This document shows positions 49,496 to 59,798 of a stretch of 64,000 nucleotides of DNA, piece after piece (position 1 is the first letter of the stretch; each line of letters opens with the position of its first letter). Source of the DNA: an uncultured bacterium (GTDB lineage: Bacteria; Desulfobacterota_D; UBA1144; Nemesobacterales; UBA2774); contig CAVPJU010000008.1 in the NCBI GenBank assembly GCA_963705505.1, positions 64,001 through 128,000 of the forward strand, in the 5' to 3' direction. A program made the translations under genes and the position numbers. Under the pieces are notes generated by a model, which was given only the letters and a program-made list of their open reading frames with translations, was not told where the DNA came from and searched no databases.

Positions 49496-50792
49496 CTTCC
49501 TCTTCATCGGTCAGGAGTATGATTTCGGTCTCGAGCTCGAAGAGCTTCTTTACCGAATCCACGTAGAGCGCCCCGAGCGACGTCGAGGCTTCTTTCTTTA
49601 GGTTGGTGAGCGGGCCGTGCAGGATCTTGCTTATGATACGGGACGCCATCAGCCTGATTACGTCCCTCTCCTTATCGGAATAATTTTCGAGCTTGGCAAG
49701 AGCCCTCTCGACTTCGCTCTTTTTTATCTGCTCGAACCTCTTTTTGAGGTCGATGATCGCGGGGACTACCTTCAGGCCGTTGAGCCAGGACTGAAACGCC
49801 TTTTCCACTTCGATTACTATCTCTTCCGCCTTCTCGGCGTTGTCCTTTCTTGACTTGATATTCTCATCGAGCACGTTTTTAAGATCGTCTATGTCGTAGA
49901 GATATACATCCGCAAGCTCCCCTATCCTCGGGTCTATATCGCGGGGGACGGCTATATCGATCATGAACATGGGCTCGTTGTTCCGCAGCTTGAGGGCTTC
50001 CTTTATATGGTGGGGCTTGATTATAAATTCCGACGCCCCGGTCGCGGTAATGACAATGTCCACGTCCTTGAGGCTGTAAAAAATCTCTTCGAACATTATG
50101 GGCCTTCCGTTGAGCCTCTCGGCCAGCATCGAAGCGTTCTCGAAGTGCCTGCTCGCTATGATAAGATCCCCGACGCCTGCCTTGATTAGGTTCCTCGCGG
50201 CAAGCTCGGCCATCTCGCCCGAGCCCACGAGCAGGACCTTCCTGCGGGTGAGCTTGTCGAATATCCTCTTCGCGAGCTCTACAGCCACATAGCTCACGGA
50301 TACCGCCCTCGCGCCGATCCCGCTCTCCGTCCTCACCCTCTTCGCGACGAAAAACGCCGAATGAGAAAGCCTGTTGAGTATGAGCCCGGCGGTGCCCTTC
50401 AGAGCCGCGGTTTTATAAGCCTCTTTTATCTGTCCCAGAATCTGAGGCTCGCCTACGACCATCGAGTCTATCCCTGAGGCGACTTTATAGAAATGCCTTA
50501 CGGCCATATGGCCTATGGAGACGTAAAGATAAGGAGCGAACACATCCTGAGAAATCGAATGGAACTCGGAGAGGAATTCCTTCACGCTCTCGACGCACCC
50601 GTCGGAGTTCTCCGAAAACGCGTAGACTTCGACCCTGTTGCATGTGGAAACTATCATGCATTCCTCGACATGCTGCTTGGAGGAAAGCATCATAAGCCCG
50701 GATTCGAGCTCTTCCTGGTTGAATGAAAAGCGCTCTCTTATCTCGACCGGTGCGGTCTTATGGCTGAGTCCGACGACTATGATGCGCTGCAT
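49467..50792 (-). CDS. hemA: Glutamyl-tRNA reductase
   Basis: GLSHKTAPVEIRE, STCNRVE, GIDSMVVGEPQILGQ, DIAVPRD. Confidence 0.97.
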   Translation of the reverse strand: MQRIIVVGLSHKTAPVEIRERFSFNQEELESGLMMLSSKQHVEECMIVSTCNRVEVYAFSENSDGCVESVKEFLSEFHSISQDVFAPYLYVSIGHMAVRHFYKVASGIDSMVVGEPQILGQIKEAYKTAALKGTAGLILNRLSHSAFFVAKRVRTESGIGARAVSVSYVAVELAKRIFDKLTRRKVLLVGSGEMAELAARNLIKAGVGDLIIASRHFENASMLAERLNGRPIMFEEIFYSLKDVDIVITATGASEFIIKPHHIKEALKLRNNEPMFMIDIAVPRDIDPRIGELADVYLYDIDDLKNVLDENIKSRKDNAEKAEEIVIEVEKAFQSWLNGLKVVPAIIDLKKRFEQIKKSEVERALAKLENYSDKERDVIRLMASRIISKILHGPLTNLKKEASTSLGALYVDSVKKLFELETEIILLTDEEEDEASVQDWN

Positions 50793-50867
50793 CCGAATGG
50801 TCCCGTGTATTACAGTCTCAGGTGTTAATTATATACGACCTTCATATTATTTCTATCCCCGCCGCCA

Positions 50868-51422
50868 TCAGCCCTGCTTCCCTATAAAACTCAGGAATTC
50901 GCCCCTCGTCCTCTCGTCCTTCTTGAAAGCCCCCCGCATCGAGCTCGTGATCATGCTGGCGTCGGCTTTCATGATCCCCCTCATCGCCATGCAGAGGTGG
51001 TGAGCCTCCGCCACTACAGCGACCCCGAGAGGGTCAAGCTCCTCCATTAGGAAGTCCGCTATCTGCGCGGTCATCCTTTCCTGCACCTGGAGCCTCCTCG
51101 AAAACACCTCCACTATCCTCGGTATCTTGCTGAGCCCGACTATCTTCCCGTTCGGTATATAGCCGACGTTGCACTTCCCGAAAAAGGGGAGCATGTGGTG
51201 CTCGCAGAGGCTGTAGAACTCTATATCCTTCACGACGACCATTTCGTCGTACTCTATGTCGAAGAGGGCTTCTTTGATTATATCGTGGGGTGAGCTCTTA
51301 TATCCCGAAGTAAGCTCCTCGAACATCCTCGCCATCCTCACGGGCGTGTCCCGGAGCCCTTCCCTTTCCGGGTCCTCACCTACCTGAATAAGTATCTCCC
51401 TTACGGCGTTCTCAACGCTCAT
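50868..51422 (-). CDS. folE: GTP cyclohydrolase I
   Basis: GEDPEREGL, SLCEHHMLPF, GLSKIPR, RRLQVQER, HLCMAMRG. Confidence 0.97.
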   Translation of the reverse strand: MSVENAVREILIQVGEDPEREGLRDTPVRMARMFEELTSGYKSSPHDIIKEALFDIEYDEMVVVKDIEFYSLCEHHMLPFFGKCNVGYIPNGKIVGLSKIPRIVEVFSRRLQVQERMTAQIADFLMEELDPLGVAVVAEAHHLCMAMRGIMKADASMITSSMRGAFKKDERTRGEFLSFIGKQG

Positions 51423-51843
51423 ACGGATAACCCTCCTCTTCGAAGAATTCGAAATAACTGCTCGACGTCTCGCTCAGCCTGAGGTGGACGAGTCTTTCCG
51501 GGAGACGCGACCTGAGCCGCTCCCATAAGTATTGCGCTATATTCTCCCCCGTGGGCTGCCGCTCCGTGAAATATGGCACTTCGATGTCGAGCCGCTTGTA
51601 GTCGAGCTCTTCGAGCGCCTGCCCGACGGCGCGGTCGAGCTCAACGGGGCTTATGACCATGCCGGTCCCGGGGTCTATATTCCCGGCGACCTTCACATCG
51701 AGATAATAATCGTGCCCGTGCCCGTTCGGGTTGGAGCAGGTATCGAATATTCTGAGATTCTCCTCGTCCGATAGCCCCTTTATATAGAGCCTGTGCCCCG
51801 CGGAAAAGCGGTACGTTTTCGTTACGGAAGCTATTTCCTTTAT
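51412..51843 (-). CDS. 6-pyruvoyl-tetrahydropterin synthase domain 2 (CX5HGH); start unclear
   Basis: FSAGHRL, CSNPNGHGHDY, PTGENIA, LSETS; ATA after a GGAGG RBS, or fused to the upstream ORF. Confidence 0.75.
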   Translation of the reverse strand: MKEIASVTKTYRFSAGHRLYIKGLSDEENLRIFDTCSNPNGHGHDYYLDVKVAGNIDPGTGMVISPVELDRAVGQALEELDYKRLDIEVPYFTERQPTGENIAQYLWERLRSRLPERLVHLRLSETSSSYFEFFEEEGYPYER

Positions 51844-51845
51844 GT

Positions 51846-52268
51846 TTATTCCCTCCAGTAATCGACGTACAGGTCCGGCGTCTCGTAGAGTCTTATCCTG
51901 TATAGGCCGCATTTCGGGTTCCCCCCGAGCTTCTCCTCGAAGATTTCCCAGAGCACACGAGCGATATTTTCCGTGGTGGGGATTAAATCTTTGAAGTGCG
52001 GGTTATCGTCGTTTAAGTGCTTGTGATCGAACCCCGTGAGCACGTCCTTCATCAGGGTCTTGAGGTCGTAGAGGTTGATTATCATCCCGGTTTCGGGATC
52101 GACCTCCCCCTCAACCGTCACCTCGAGGCCGTAGTTATGGCCGTGCCCGTAAGGCCCCGCCGACTTCCCGAACACCTCGCGGTTCTTCTCTTCGCTCCAT
52201 TCGGGGTTCCAGTAGCGGTGAGAGGCGGAAAATTCCATTTTCTTTGTAAGGAGTTTCTTATAACCCAT
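51846..52268 (-). CDS. 6-pyruvoyl-tetrahydropterin synthase domain 1 (SX5HGH)
   Basis: FSASHR, SAGPYGHGHNY, FDHKHLN, PTTENIA, LYETP. Confidence 0.8.
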   Translation of the reverse strand: MGYKKLLTKKMEFSASHRYWNPEWSEEKNREVFGKSAGPYGHGHNYGLEVTVEGEVDPETGMIINLYDLKTLMKDVLTGFDHKHLNDDNPHFKDLIPTTENIARVLWEIFEEKLGGNPKCGLYRIRLYETPDLYVDYWRE

Positions 52269-52366
52269 CCCAAATTCCCTTATATCCGGCGACCGATTAG
52301 GATAGCATAGTTAATTGACGCTACCAACTTCCTTTAGGGGATTGTGTGAGGTAACCTTTTTTATAC

Positions 52367-55300
52367 ATGAGGAGCGCCGATTCAAGGGAAAATCTCGAGA
52401 GGCTCATAGGCGGACTCGAAAAAAAGAGGAAAAGGTTCCTCCTTCTCAGGGGGCTTGCAGGCGCGGCTCTCGTATCCCTCACAGCCCTGACCGCCGTTTC
52501 GCTCCTCTCGCTTCCATTTAGCGGCCATCTTTATTACTCCCTGTTAAAAACCGCGCTCGTATTAAGCCTGGCATTAGGCATATACAGGTTTATTTACATA
52601 CCTCTTTTCAGAAACAAATCCGGCGGGGATATGCTGGGCGAGCTCGAGAGAAGCTCCCGCGGACTGGGTGAGGACACCCTCAACGCGGCCGAGCTTAACC
52701 GGGCGTCAGGGGATAATGCGTCAGGAACCTCTCAGGACCTCGCCTCGGCACACATCGGCTACGTCGCGGGAAGGCTCGAATCCCTCGACTTCAGATCGAT
52801 TTTCCCTCTGCGTAAGCTTAAAAAATTCGCTCTTCCGTTAGCAGGCGCGGCCCTTGTGACCGCGACAGTGATTTATTTCACTCCGCGGGAGTTCCTCTCG
52901 TACGTATTCAGCCCCGAACTCACCCCCTCGTCGGGCGGTCCCTCTCTCGAGCTTGCGGATATAGAGATAAGCCTCGACTATCCCGGCTATACGAAAGTGC
53001 CCCCCAAAACACTCAAGAACGGTACAGGGGACATCGAAGCGCTTAAGGGAACGAGGGTCAGGTTCGAAGCAAAGCCGCTCAGCGCATTCAACACCGGCAA
53101 GCTCATAACCGAGAGCGGAGCCTCTTACCCCGTAACAACTAAGGACGGAAAGATTACCGCCGAATTCACGGTACTCGGAAACGGGAGCTACCAGATAACG
53201 GAAGGGACCGGAGGCCTTAAGACCAGGCAATTCAAGATAACGTCATATCAGGACAAGAAACCGGAGATAAAGATAGAGAGCCCTCAGGGAGACGAGATAG
53301 AATCGGGCCCCGACGGGAGGGTGGATATAGTCTACGAAGCCAAGGATGATTACGGGCTCACCGAGTTCAGGCTCACATCGGAAGGAGAGGCCGGGAAGTC
53401 CGGCAAGCTCATAGGAAAGGCGAAGGATTCCCCGGGGACATACAAAGAGAGCTACACCCTTGACGCAGGGGGGCTTGATTTCGGGGGCGGGGATACGCTG
53501 AAACTCCGTGTCGAGGCCCTGGATAACGATTCCGTGTCCGGGCCCAATGTCGGGGTCTCGAACGCGATAACGGTCAAGCTCAAGGACGCGGCCAAGAGAC
53601 ACACCGACGTCATGAACTATGCCGGGCAGCTCATGGAGGAGATGATAGACACACTCGGGGACGAGATCGAAATCTCCGGCGGTGCGAAGACACGCGCACC
53701 GGCTGAAAATCCGGAAACAATAACAGCGCGCAATGATACTACTCCCACAAGCTCCGTCAACATCGACGAGATGCTCGGCACCCAGCAGAAGCTCACGGGG
53801 AAAATAGAAAGCGCATCCGTCACTCTTAAAAAAGCGCTCGAAAGCATGAAGGAAGACGACCGCTCCGATTACACATACTTCGCCGGTCTCTCGAATATGG
53901 ACGTGAGGATAGACGAGCTGCTCGACGAGCGCAGGGGTATTCTCGATAACTTCGCGAACGTCGATGTGCCCAGAGTGGGAAGGCTCATGAAAAGGGAGAT
54001 TACTGAGTTCGAGGAAGACATACTGTTCCTCGACTCGATGATAAAGGGCGAGAAACTCCGGGACTCGCTCCTTGCGGGGAAAGATCTCATGAAGGAATAC
54101 TCGGAGCTGTCCGACCTCCTATCGAAACTTAAAGAGACGGGCGACGAAGCGCTCAAATCGGAAATACAGAAGAAGCTCGATGAGCTGAAAAAACTGATGG
54201 CGCAGCTCACCGAGAAAATGACCGCCATGAGCGGGGACATACAGGAGGCGTTTCTCAACCGCGACGCATTCAAATCGATGGACATGCAGAAGAAGCTCGA
54301 TGAGATCGCCAAGCTCATGGAGGAGGGCAATATTGAGAAGGCCATGCAGATGCTGGCACAGCTCCAGAATAGCCTCCAGGGCATGATCGCTTCGCTCGAA
54401 AGCGGCTACCAGTCGTTCAGCATGTCGTCCCTGTCGCAGGACATGTCCAAGCTGAACGAGCTCATAGCGAGGATCGATGGGCTCGAGAGAGAGGAATCGG
54501 GGTTGAAGGACAGGACCCAGGGGCTTAAGGAATCTCTCCTGAAGAACCCGGGCTCCGAGAGCGATAACCTGCGCAAGTTCATAGATAAGGAAAAGGAAAG
54601 GGTCGAAGAGATAAAAAAGAACCTTTCACAGGCCAAATCCAAGGTCACGAAAGACGGGGAGAGCGAAAGCTCTCCCGAAGGCACATACCTCCTCGACAGC
54701 CTCATGCAGAAGGCGGAGGAGCTCAAAAACTGGCTCGACTCCATGGAATTGAAAGAGGCTTACAAGAACGCAAGTAATGTCGAGGAAACATCGAAGGGGC
54801 TCCTCGACCTTGGCGACGCAGGCGTCGGCAACCTGAAGGACGCCAGGGCGGAGATAGGGAATTCGCAGCAGATCGCGGGCCAGGTCGCCCGTGACCTCGA
54901 GAAGTTCCTCGGCTCCGGGGAAGAAGCGCCCGCGTCCTCGGGGATGGCGAAGAGGCAGGACGAAATAAAAGATGAGACGGGGGGTCTATCGGAGGATCTC
55001 GAGAAACTCAGCAAGGAAATGCTCTTTAGCCCCGGAATAGGCGAAGACCTGGGCGACGCGGAAAACCACATGGGCAGGGCTTCCGATAACCTCAACGGCA
55101 ATGAGCTCTCAAAAGCCATCTCGAGTCAGGACGAAGCCGTCAAGTCGCTTAAGGAAGCGAAGGAGAAAGCGGAGGACATGCTTCAGAAGATGCAGGCGAG
55201 CGCGCAGGGAAACGGCTCCTCAGTTCCCATGGTGCTCGGGCAGCAGCAGAACCAACAGGGGCCGCAGGGAGTGGATACGGGGTATGTCGAGATTCCCGAA

Positions 55301-55420
55301 GCAGCCGAGACGGAGATCGGGAAAGAATTTAAGGAGAAGATATTACAGGCCATGAAAGGGGGCTCGCCCGAAGGTTACAGCGAGCTCAACAAGAAATACT
55401 ACGACAGGATTATAAAATGA
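52367..55420 (+). CDS. DUF4175-like membrane-anchored coiled-coil protein
   Basis: N-terminal TMs, YPGYT, DKKPEI, AKDDYGL, EALDND.VSGP, long coiled coil, terminal YYDRI. Confidence 0.75.
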   Translation: MRSADSRENLERLIGGLEKKRKRFLLLRGLAGAALVSLTALTAVSLLSLPFSGHLYYSLLKTALVLSLALGIYRFIYIPLFRNKSGGDMLGELERSSRGLGEDTLNAAELNRASGDNASGTSQDLASAHIGYVAGRLESLDFRSIFPLRKLKKFALPLAGAALVTATVIYFTPREFLSYVFSPELTPSSGGPSLELADIEISLDYPGYTKVPPKTLKNGTGDIEALKGTRVRFEAKPLSAFNTGKLITESGASYPVTTKDGKITAEFTVLGNGSYQITEGTGGLKTRQFKITSYQDKKPEIKIESPQGDEIESGPDGRVDIVYEAKDDYGLTEFRLTSEGEAGKSGKLIGKAKDSPGTYKESYTLDAGGLDFGGGDTLKLRVEALDNDSVSGPNVGVSNAITVKLKDAAKRHTDVMNYAGQLMEEMIDTLGDEIEISGGAKTRAPAENPETITARNDTTPTSSVNIDEMLGTQQKLTGKIESASVTLKKALESMKEDDRSDYTYFAGLSNMDVRIDELLDERRGILDNFANVDVPRVGRLMKREITEFEEDILFLDSMIKGEKLRDSLLAGKDLMKEYSELSDLLSKLKETGDEALKSEIQKKLDELKKLMAQLTEKMTAMSGDIQEAFLNRDAFKSMDMQKKLDEIAKLMEEGNIEKAMQMLAQLQNSLQGMIASLESGYQSFSMSSLSQDMSKLNELIARIDGLEREESGLKDRTQGLKESLLKNPGSESDNLRKFIDKEKERVEEIKKNLSQAKSKVTKDGESESSPEGTYLLDSLMQKAEELKNWLDSMELKEAYKNASNVEETSKGLLDLGDAGVGNLKDARAEIGNSQQIAGQVARDLEKFLGSGEEAPASSGMAKRQDEIKDETGGLSEDLEKLSKEMLFSPGIGEDLGDAENHMGRASDNLNGNELSKAISSQDEAVKSLKEAKEKAEDMLQKMQASAQGNGSSVPMVLGQQQNQQGPQGVDTGYVEIPEAAETEIGKEFKEKILQAMKGGSPEGYSELNKKYYDRIIK

Positions 55421-57048
55421 GCTCCCGCGTTATATCTGTAAATACATTACTTACACTCCTGATGCTCCTGTCATCCGTGGCGTGGGCGGAACGGGCGTTT
55501 GCCGAAACGGAGGGCTTCATACCGTTACTCCAGGAAGCTGAAGCCGACATAAAGGAGTGGAAGATAAGGGAAGCGTCCGAGAAGGCGGACAGGGCGCTCG
55601 AGCTCGCTGGCGAAGGCGAGGAAAAGCACGACGCGTATTATCTCAAGGCTGTTGTCGAATTCTATAAGGGCAATTACGGAGAAGCCCAGAAGTACGCCGA
55701 AAAGACACTAAACGCAGTCCGGTCGGGAGAAAAGAAGGAAGAAGACGGGTTCATGGATTTCATAAAGCACGTCGCGCAAAAGAAGCCCGATTTCAAGGAA
55801 GTGAAATCCGAGCACTTCACTATAAGGTACGCGCACCCGAAGGACTACATAATAGCCGAGTACGGAAAAGAAGTGCTCGAGAAATCCCGCTATGAGATCG
55901 GCCTCGACCTCGAGGAATACCCGGATGACCCGGTGATAGTCGAGATATACCCCGACCTCGAAAGCTTCACGATAGCCTCCACGCTGCCTCCGGAAAACGT
56001 AGAGAAGACGGGCGTCGTCGGCATATGCAAGTTCAACAGGGTAATGATACTGTCCCCCCGCGTCCTTCCGCGGGGCTACACCTGGTCCGATACCCTCGCT
56101 CACGAATACACCCACTACCTCATATTCCTCAAGAGCGAGAACACGGTCCCCGTGTGGCTCCACGAGGGCATAGCGAAGTTCGAGGAGACGAGGTGGAGGG
56201 AGAAGAAGCGGAACGTGTTCAGCCCGTTCTACGAGACCATACTCGCGGACGCGCTTGCAAAGAACGACCTCGTGCCGATCGAAAAGATGCATCCGTCGCT
56301 CGCGCTACTTGACAGCGCACGCGAAGCGCAGCTTGCGTTCGCGCAGGCGGCAACCAGCATCAGCTATATCGTCGACAAGTGGGGAAACGGCGGGCTCGTA
56401 GATCTGCTCGAGGCTATGAAAGCTGAAGACGACTACAAAGCGGCGCTCACGGACGTGACGGGCCTCGACTTCGATACATATTACAGATCATGGAAAAATT
56501 ATCTGAAAGGAAAACACCTGACCGAAAAGATACCGGGCATGAAGGTAAAGGGAATCAGGATAAGCAATAAAGACGGGGAAACCGGAGACGGGAGCGAAGA
56601 CTTGGTCGATATAGATAACGGGAAGGCGCGGGGCCACACCAGGCTGGGTGACCTTCTCAAGACGAGGGGGAGGCTCCGCTCCGCATCTTACGAATATGAA
56701 AAGGCGCTCGGCTTCGACCCGGGCTCGCCCCTCATATCCACACGCCTCGCCTCCGTGCTTAACGGTTCGGGCGAAACCGACAAGGCGCTTGGCATACTCG
56801 ACCCGCTTATAGAAATTTATCCCGAAAATATGGACATATACCTCGTTCTCGGAAGAATATATCTCGAAAAAGAGAACATGCAGAAGGCGGAGGAATCGTA
56901 TAAGACCGCGATTTCCATAAACCCGTTCGACCCAGAGATACACACCGCCCTCGTTTCGATCTACGAGAAATCCGGCAGGAAGGACGAAGCGGAAAGGGAG
57001 AAGAAAATTCTCAACATACTATCGCAAAAGGAAGAAGATCATGAATAA
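55417..57048 (+). CDS. Exported TPR protein with peptidase MA-like metallopeptidase domain
   Basis: Signal peptide, LAHEYTH, PVWLHEGIA, TPR repeats. Confidence 0.8.
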   Translation: MSSRVISVNTLLTLLMLLSSVAWAERAFAETEGFIPLLQEAEADIKEWKIREASEKADRALELAGEGEEKHDAYYLKAVVEFYKGNYGEAQKYAEKTLNAVRSGEKKEEDGFMDFIKHVAQKKPDFKEVKSEHFTIRYAHPKDYIIAEYGKEVLEKSRYEIGLDLEEYPDDPVIVEIYPDLESFTIASTLPPENVEKTGVVGICKFNRVMILSPRVLPRGYTWSDTLAHEYTHYLIFLKSENTVPVWLHEGIAKFEETRWREKKRNVFSPFYETILADALAKNDLVPIEKMHPSLALLDSAREAQLAFAQAATSISYIVDKWGNGGLVDLLEAMKAEDDYKAALTDVTGLDFDTYYRSWKNYLKGKHLTEKIPGMKVKGIRISNKDGETGDGSEDLVDIDNGKARGHTRLGDLLKTRGRLRSASYEYEKALGFDPGSPLISTRLASVLNGSGETDKALGILDPLIEIYPENMDIYLVLGRIYLEKENMQKAEESYKTAISINPFDPEIHTALVSIYEKSGRKDEAEREKKILNILSQKEEDHE

Positions 57049-58072
57049 CGAACTCGAATCGAGAGAAGACAGAGAGAGGGTGGAAGAGCTCGCTAAAGTC
57101 AGGAGCGAAATAGTGCGCGAGATAGGGAAGGTCATAGTGGGACAGGAGAAGGTGATAGACCATCTCCTCATATCCCTCATGTCTTCGGGGCATTCGCTAT
57201 TCGTCGGAGTCCCGGGGCTCGCGAAGACGCTGCTTGTGAGCACGCTGTCGGATGTGCTCAATCTCAGGTTCAACAGGGTCCAGTTCACGCCCGACCTCAT
57301 GCCTTCAGACATCACGGGCTCCGAGGTGCTTGAGAAGGACCCGGTCTCGGACCAGAGGTTCTTCAGATTCATACACGGCCCCATTTTCTGCAACATACTG
57401 CTCGCGGACGAGATAAACAGGGCCTCGCCCAAGACCCAGGCGGCGCTCCTTCAGGCGATGCAGGAGAAAAAGGTCACCGTGGGCGGGGAGACCTACCCGA
57501 TAGCAGCCCCTTTCCTCGTGTTCGCCACACAGAACCCGATAGAGCAGGAGGGGACATACCCTCTCCCCGAGGCGGAGCTAGACAGGTTCATGTTCCAGAT
57601 AGACGTCACCTACCCGTCCTACGAAGAAGAGGTCGAGATAGTGAAGACGACCACGGGCACTTATAAACCGGAGCCGACCAAGATCCTCGACTCGAAAAAA
57701 ATTATCGAATACCAGGAGCTCGTACACCGCGTCCCCGTCTCGGACCACGTGGCGGCTTACGCCGTGAGGGTCGCGAGGGCGACGAGGCCCGACGACCCGG
57801 GTACTCCCGAGTCCGTGAGGCAAGGGGTTTCGTGGGGTGTGGGGCCGAGGGCTTCTCAGTACTTGATACTCGGCAGCAAGGCGCGCGCGGTCCTCTCAGG
57901 GAGATACACACCCACGACAGAGGACGTGAAGGCTATAGCCCCTGCCGTGCTCAAGCACAGGGTGGTGCTGAATTTCAGGGCGGAAGCCGAAGGCATAAGG
58001 CCCGACGATATTATTCGGGAGATCCTGGATAAGATTGACCCTCTCGGGGACGCTCATCTCCGAGCTTCCTGA
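57041..58072 (+). CDS. MoxR family AAA+ ATPase
   Basis: GVPGLAKT, RVQFTPDLMPSD, LADEINRASPKTQ, TQNPIEQEGTYPLPEA. Confidence 0.95.
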   Translation: MNNELESREDRERVEELAKVRSEIVREIGKVIVGQEKVIDHLLISLMSSGHSLFVGVPGLAKTLLVSTLSDVLNLRFNRVQFTPDLMPSDITGSEVLEKDPVSDQRFFRFIHGPIFCNILLADEINRASPKTQAALLQAMQEKKVTVGGETYPIAAPFLVFATQNPIEQEGTYPLPEAELDRFMFQIDVTYPSYEEEVEIVKTTTGTYKPEPTKILDSKKIIEYQELVHRVPVSDHVAAYAVRVARATRPDDPGTPESVRQGVSWGVGPRASQYLILGSKARAVLSGRYTPTTEDVKAIAPAVLKHRVVLNFRAEAEGIRPDDIIREILDKIDPLGDAHLRAS

Positions 58073-59594
58073 CGACGGCCGTATTGGGGAATTTATTTTG
58101 CAGAAGCGCCTCGACTGAGGGCTCCATTCTCGAGAGGAACGGTTTCGGGAATATTCCCATCACGAACATCATGATCGCGATAGGCAGAAGGACCAGTATC
58201 TCTCTCAGGTTTATATCCTTGAGTATCTTATTCTCGGGCTTGTCGAGAGGGCCGAACATCACGTTCTGATACGCCATAAGCATGTAAACGGCGCCCAATA
58301 TTATGCCCGTCGCTCCGAGCGCGGCGTAGATATAATTAAACTCGAAAGTGCCCAAAAGTATCAGGAACTCGCCCACGAACCCGTTGAGCAGCGGGAGCCC
58401 TATAGAAGAGAGTGTCGCGAGCATGAAGAACGCGGCGAACACGGGCATCGCCTTCGCTATCCCGCCGAACTCGGCGATCTTTTTCGTATGACGCCTCTCG
58501 TATATCATCCCCACGATGAGGAAGAGCGCCCCCGTAGAAAGCCCGTGGTTTAACATCTGGTATATACCGCCCTCGACGCCCTGCAAGTTAAGCACGAACA
58601 GGCCGAGCATGACCATTCCCATGTGGCTCACGCTCGAATACGCGACGAGCTTTTTCAAGTCCTTCTGAGCGAAGGCGACAAACGCGCCGTATATTATGCC
58701 GATTATCGCAATTGCTATCAGAACGGGGAGGTATTTCTCGACCGCCTGCGGGAAAAACGGCAGGAGGAACCTCAGAAATCCGTATGTCCCCATCTTTAGC
58801 AGCACGCCCGCAAGTATGACGCTTCCCGCGGTAGGGGCTTCCACGTGCGCGTCGGGGAGCCACGTGTGGAACGGGAACATCGGCACCTTGATAGCGAAGG
58901 CAAGGAAGAACGCCAGGAAGGTAAGCCCCTGAGGGCTCAGAATCCCGTAAAACGGTATGTTCAGCTTATAGAAATCGAGCACGTCCATCGAGGGCGCGCC
59001 GAATTGTTTTATGTGCTGGAAGAACAAATAAAAGATGGCTATAAGCATGAGGGCGCTTCCGAAAGCCGTGTAGAGGAAGAACTTAACGGCTGCGTATATC
59101 CTCCTCTCCGTCCCCCAAATCCCGATCATTAAGTACATCGGTATGAGTACCGCCTCCCAGAATACGAAAAACAGGATCATATCGAGCGCGGCGAAAGTCC
59201 CTATGAGGGCGGTTTCGAGTATCAGCATGAGTACGAGGAACTCCCTCATCCCCTTATGTATCGCGTGCCAGGAGCTCAAAATCGTGATAGGCATTATGAA
59301 AGTAGTCAGCAGAACGAGGAACAGGCTTATGCCGTCGAGCCCCACGTGGTAGCTAACGCCCAGGCTGGCGATCCACGGTATTTTCGTCTCGAACTGCATC
59401 CCGGGAAATCCCCCGGCGAACGAGGTGAATAAAGGGATAGAAAGAAGGAACTCTATAATGGTAACAACCAGAGCCCCTTGCTTCATCTTTTCTTCGGAGT
59501 CTTTGTAGATATACGACAGGAGCAGGACGACCGGAATCCCCACGAGCGGGAAAAATATGACTAGAGACAGGTTTCCGCTGAATACAGATTCCAT
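58011..59594 (-). CDS. nuoM: NADH-quinone oxidoreductase subunit M
   Basis: GLDGIS, FWEAVLIPMY, FAIKVPMFPFHTWLPDAHVEAPT, LLKMG, AYSSVSHMG. Confidence 0.93.
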   Translation of the reverse strand: MESVFSGNLSLVIFFPLVGIPVVLLLSYIYKDSEEKMKQGALVVTIIEFLLSIPLFTSFAGGFPGMQFETKIPWIASLGVSYHVGLDGISLFLVLLTTFIMPITILSSWHAIHKGMREFLVLMLILETALIGTFAALDMILFFVFWEAVLIPMYLMIGIWGTERRIYAAVKFFLYTAFGSALMLIAIFYLFFQHIKQFGAPSMDVLDFYKLNIPFYGILSPQGLTFLAFFLAFAIKVPMFPFHTWLPDAHVEAPTAGSVILAGVLLKMGTYGFLRFLLPFFPQAVEKYLPVLIAIAIIGIIYGAFVAFAQKDLKKLVAYSSVSHMGMVMLGLFVLNLQGVEGGIYQMLNHGLSTGALFLIVGMIYERRHTKKIAEFGGIAKAMPVFAAFFMLATLSSIGLPLLNGFVGEFLILLGTFEFNYIYAALGATGIILGAVYMLMAYQNVMFGPLDKPENKILKDINLREILVLLPIAIMMFVMGIFPKPFLSRMEPSVEALLQNKFPNTAVVRKLGDERPREGQSYPGSPE

Positions 59595-59798
59595 TTAAGG
59601 TTAATTCCTCAGTCCGAAGGTATAGAAGCCGATAACAGGGGTGTAAATATACTTGAGGCGAAGGATGTTTCAAGAATAAAGAATTATGTGCGAAACGGGC
59701 TTAAAGCATATATAGAAATAAATATAAATGTGCTAATATAGAGATATTAACTAACGATTACTTTCCATCCAAGCGAAAGTATCAGGGGGGAAAATCAG

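Noticed and set aside
51412..52268. Calling these genes queD
   Set aside because: Motif spacing is X5HGH rather than CX3HGH and no queC/queE/queF is nearby
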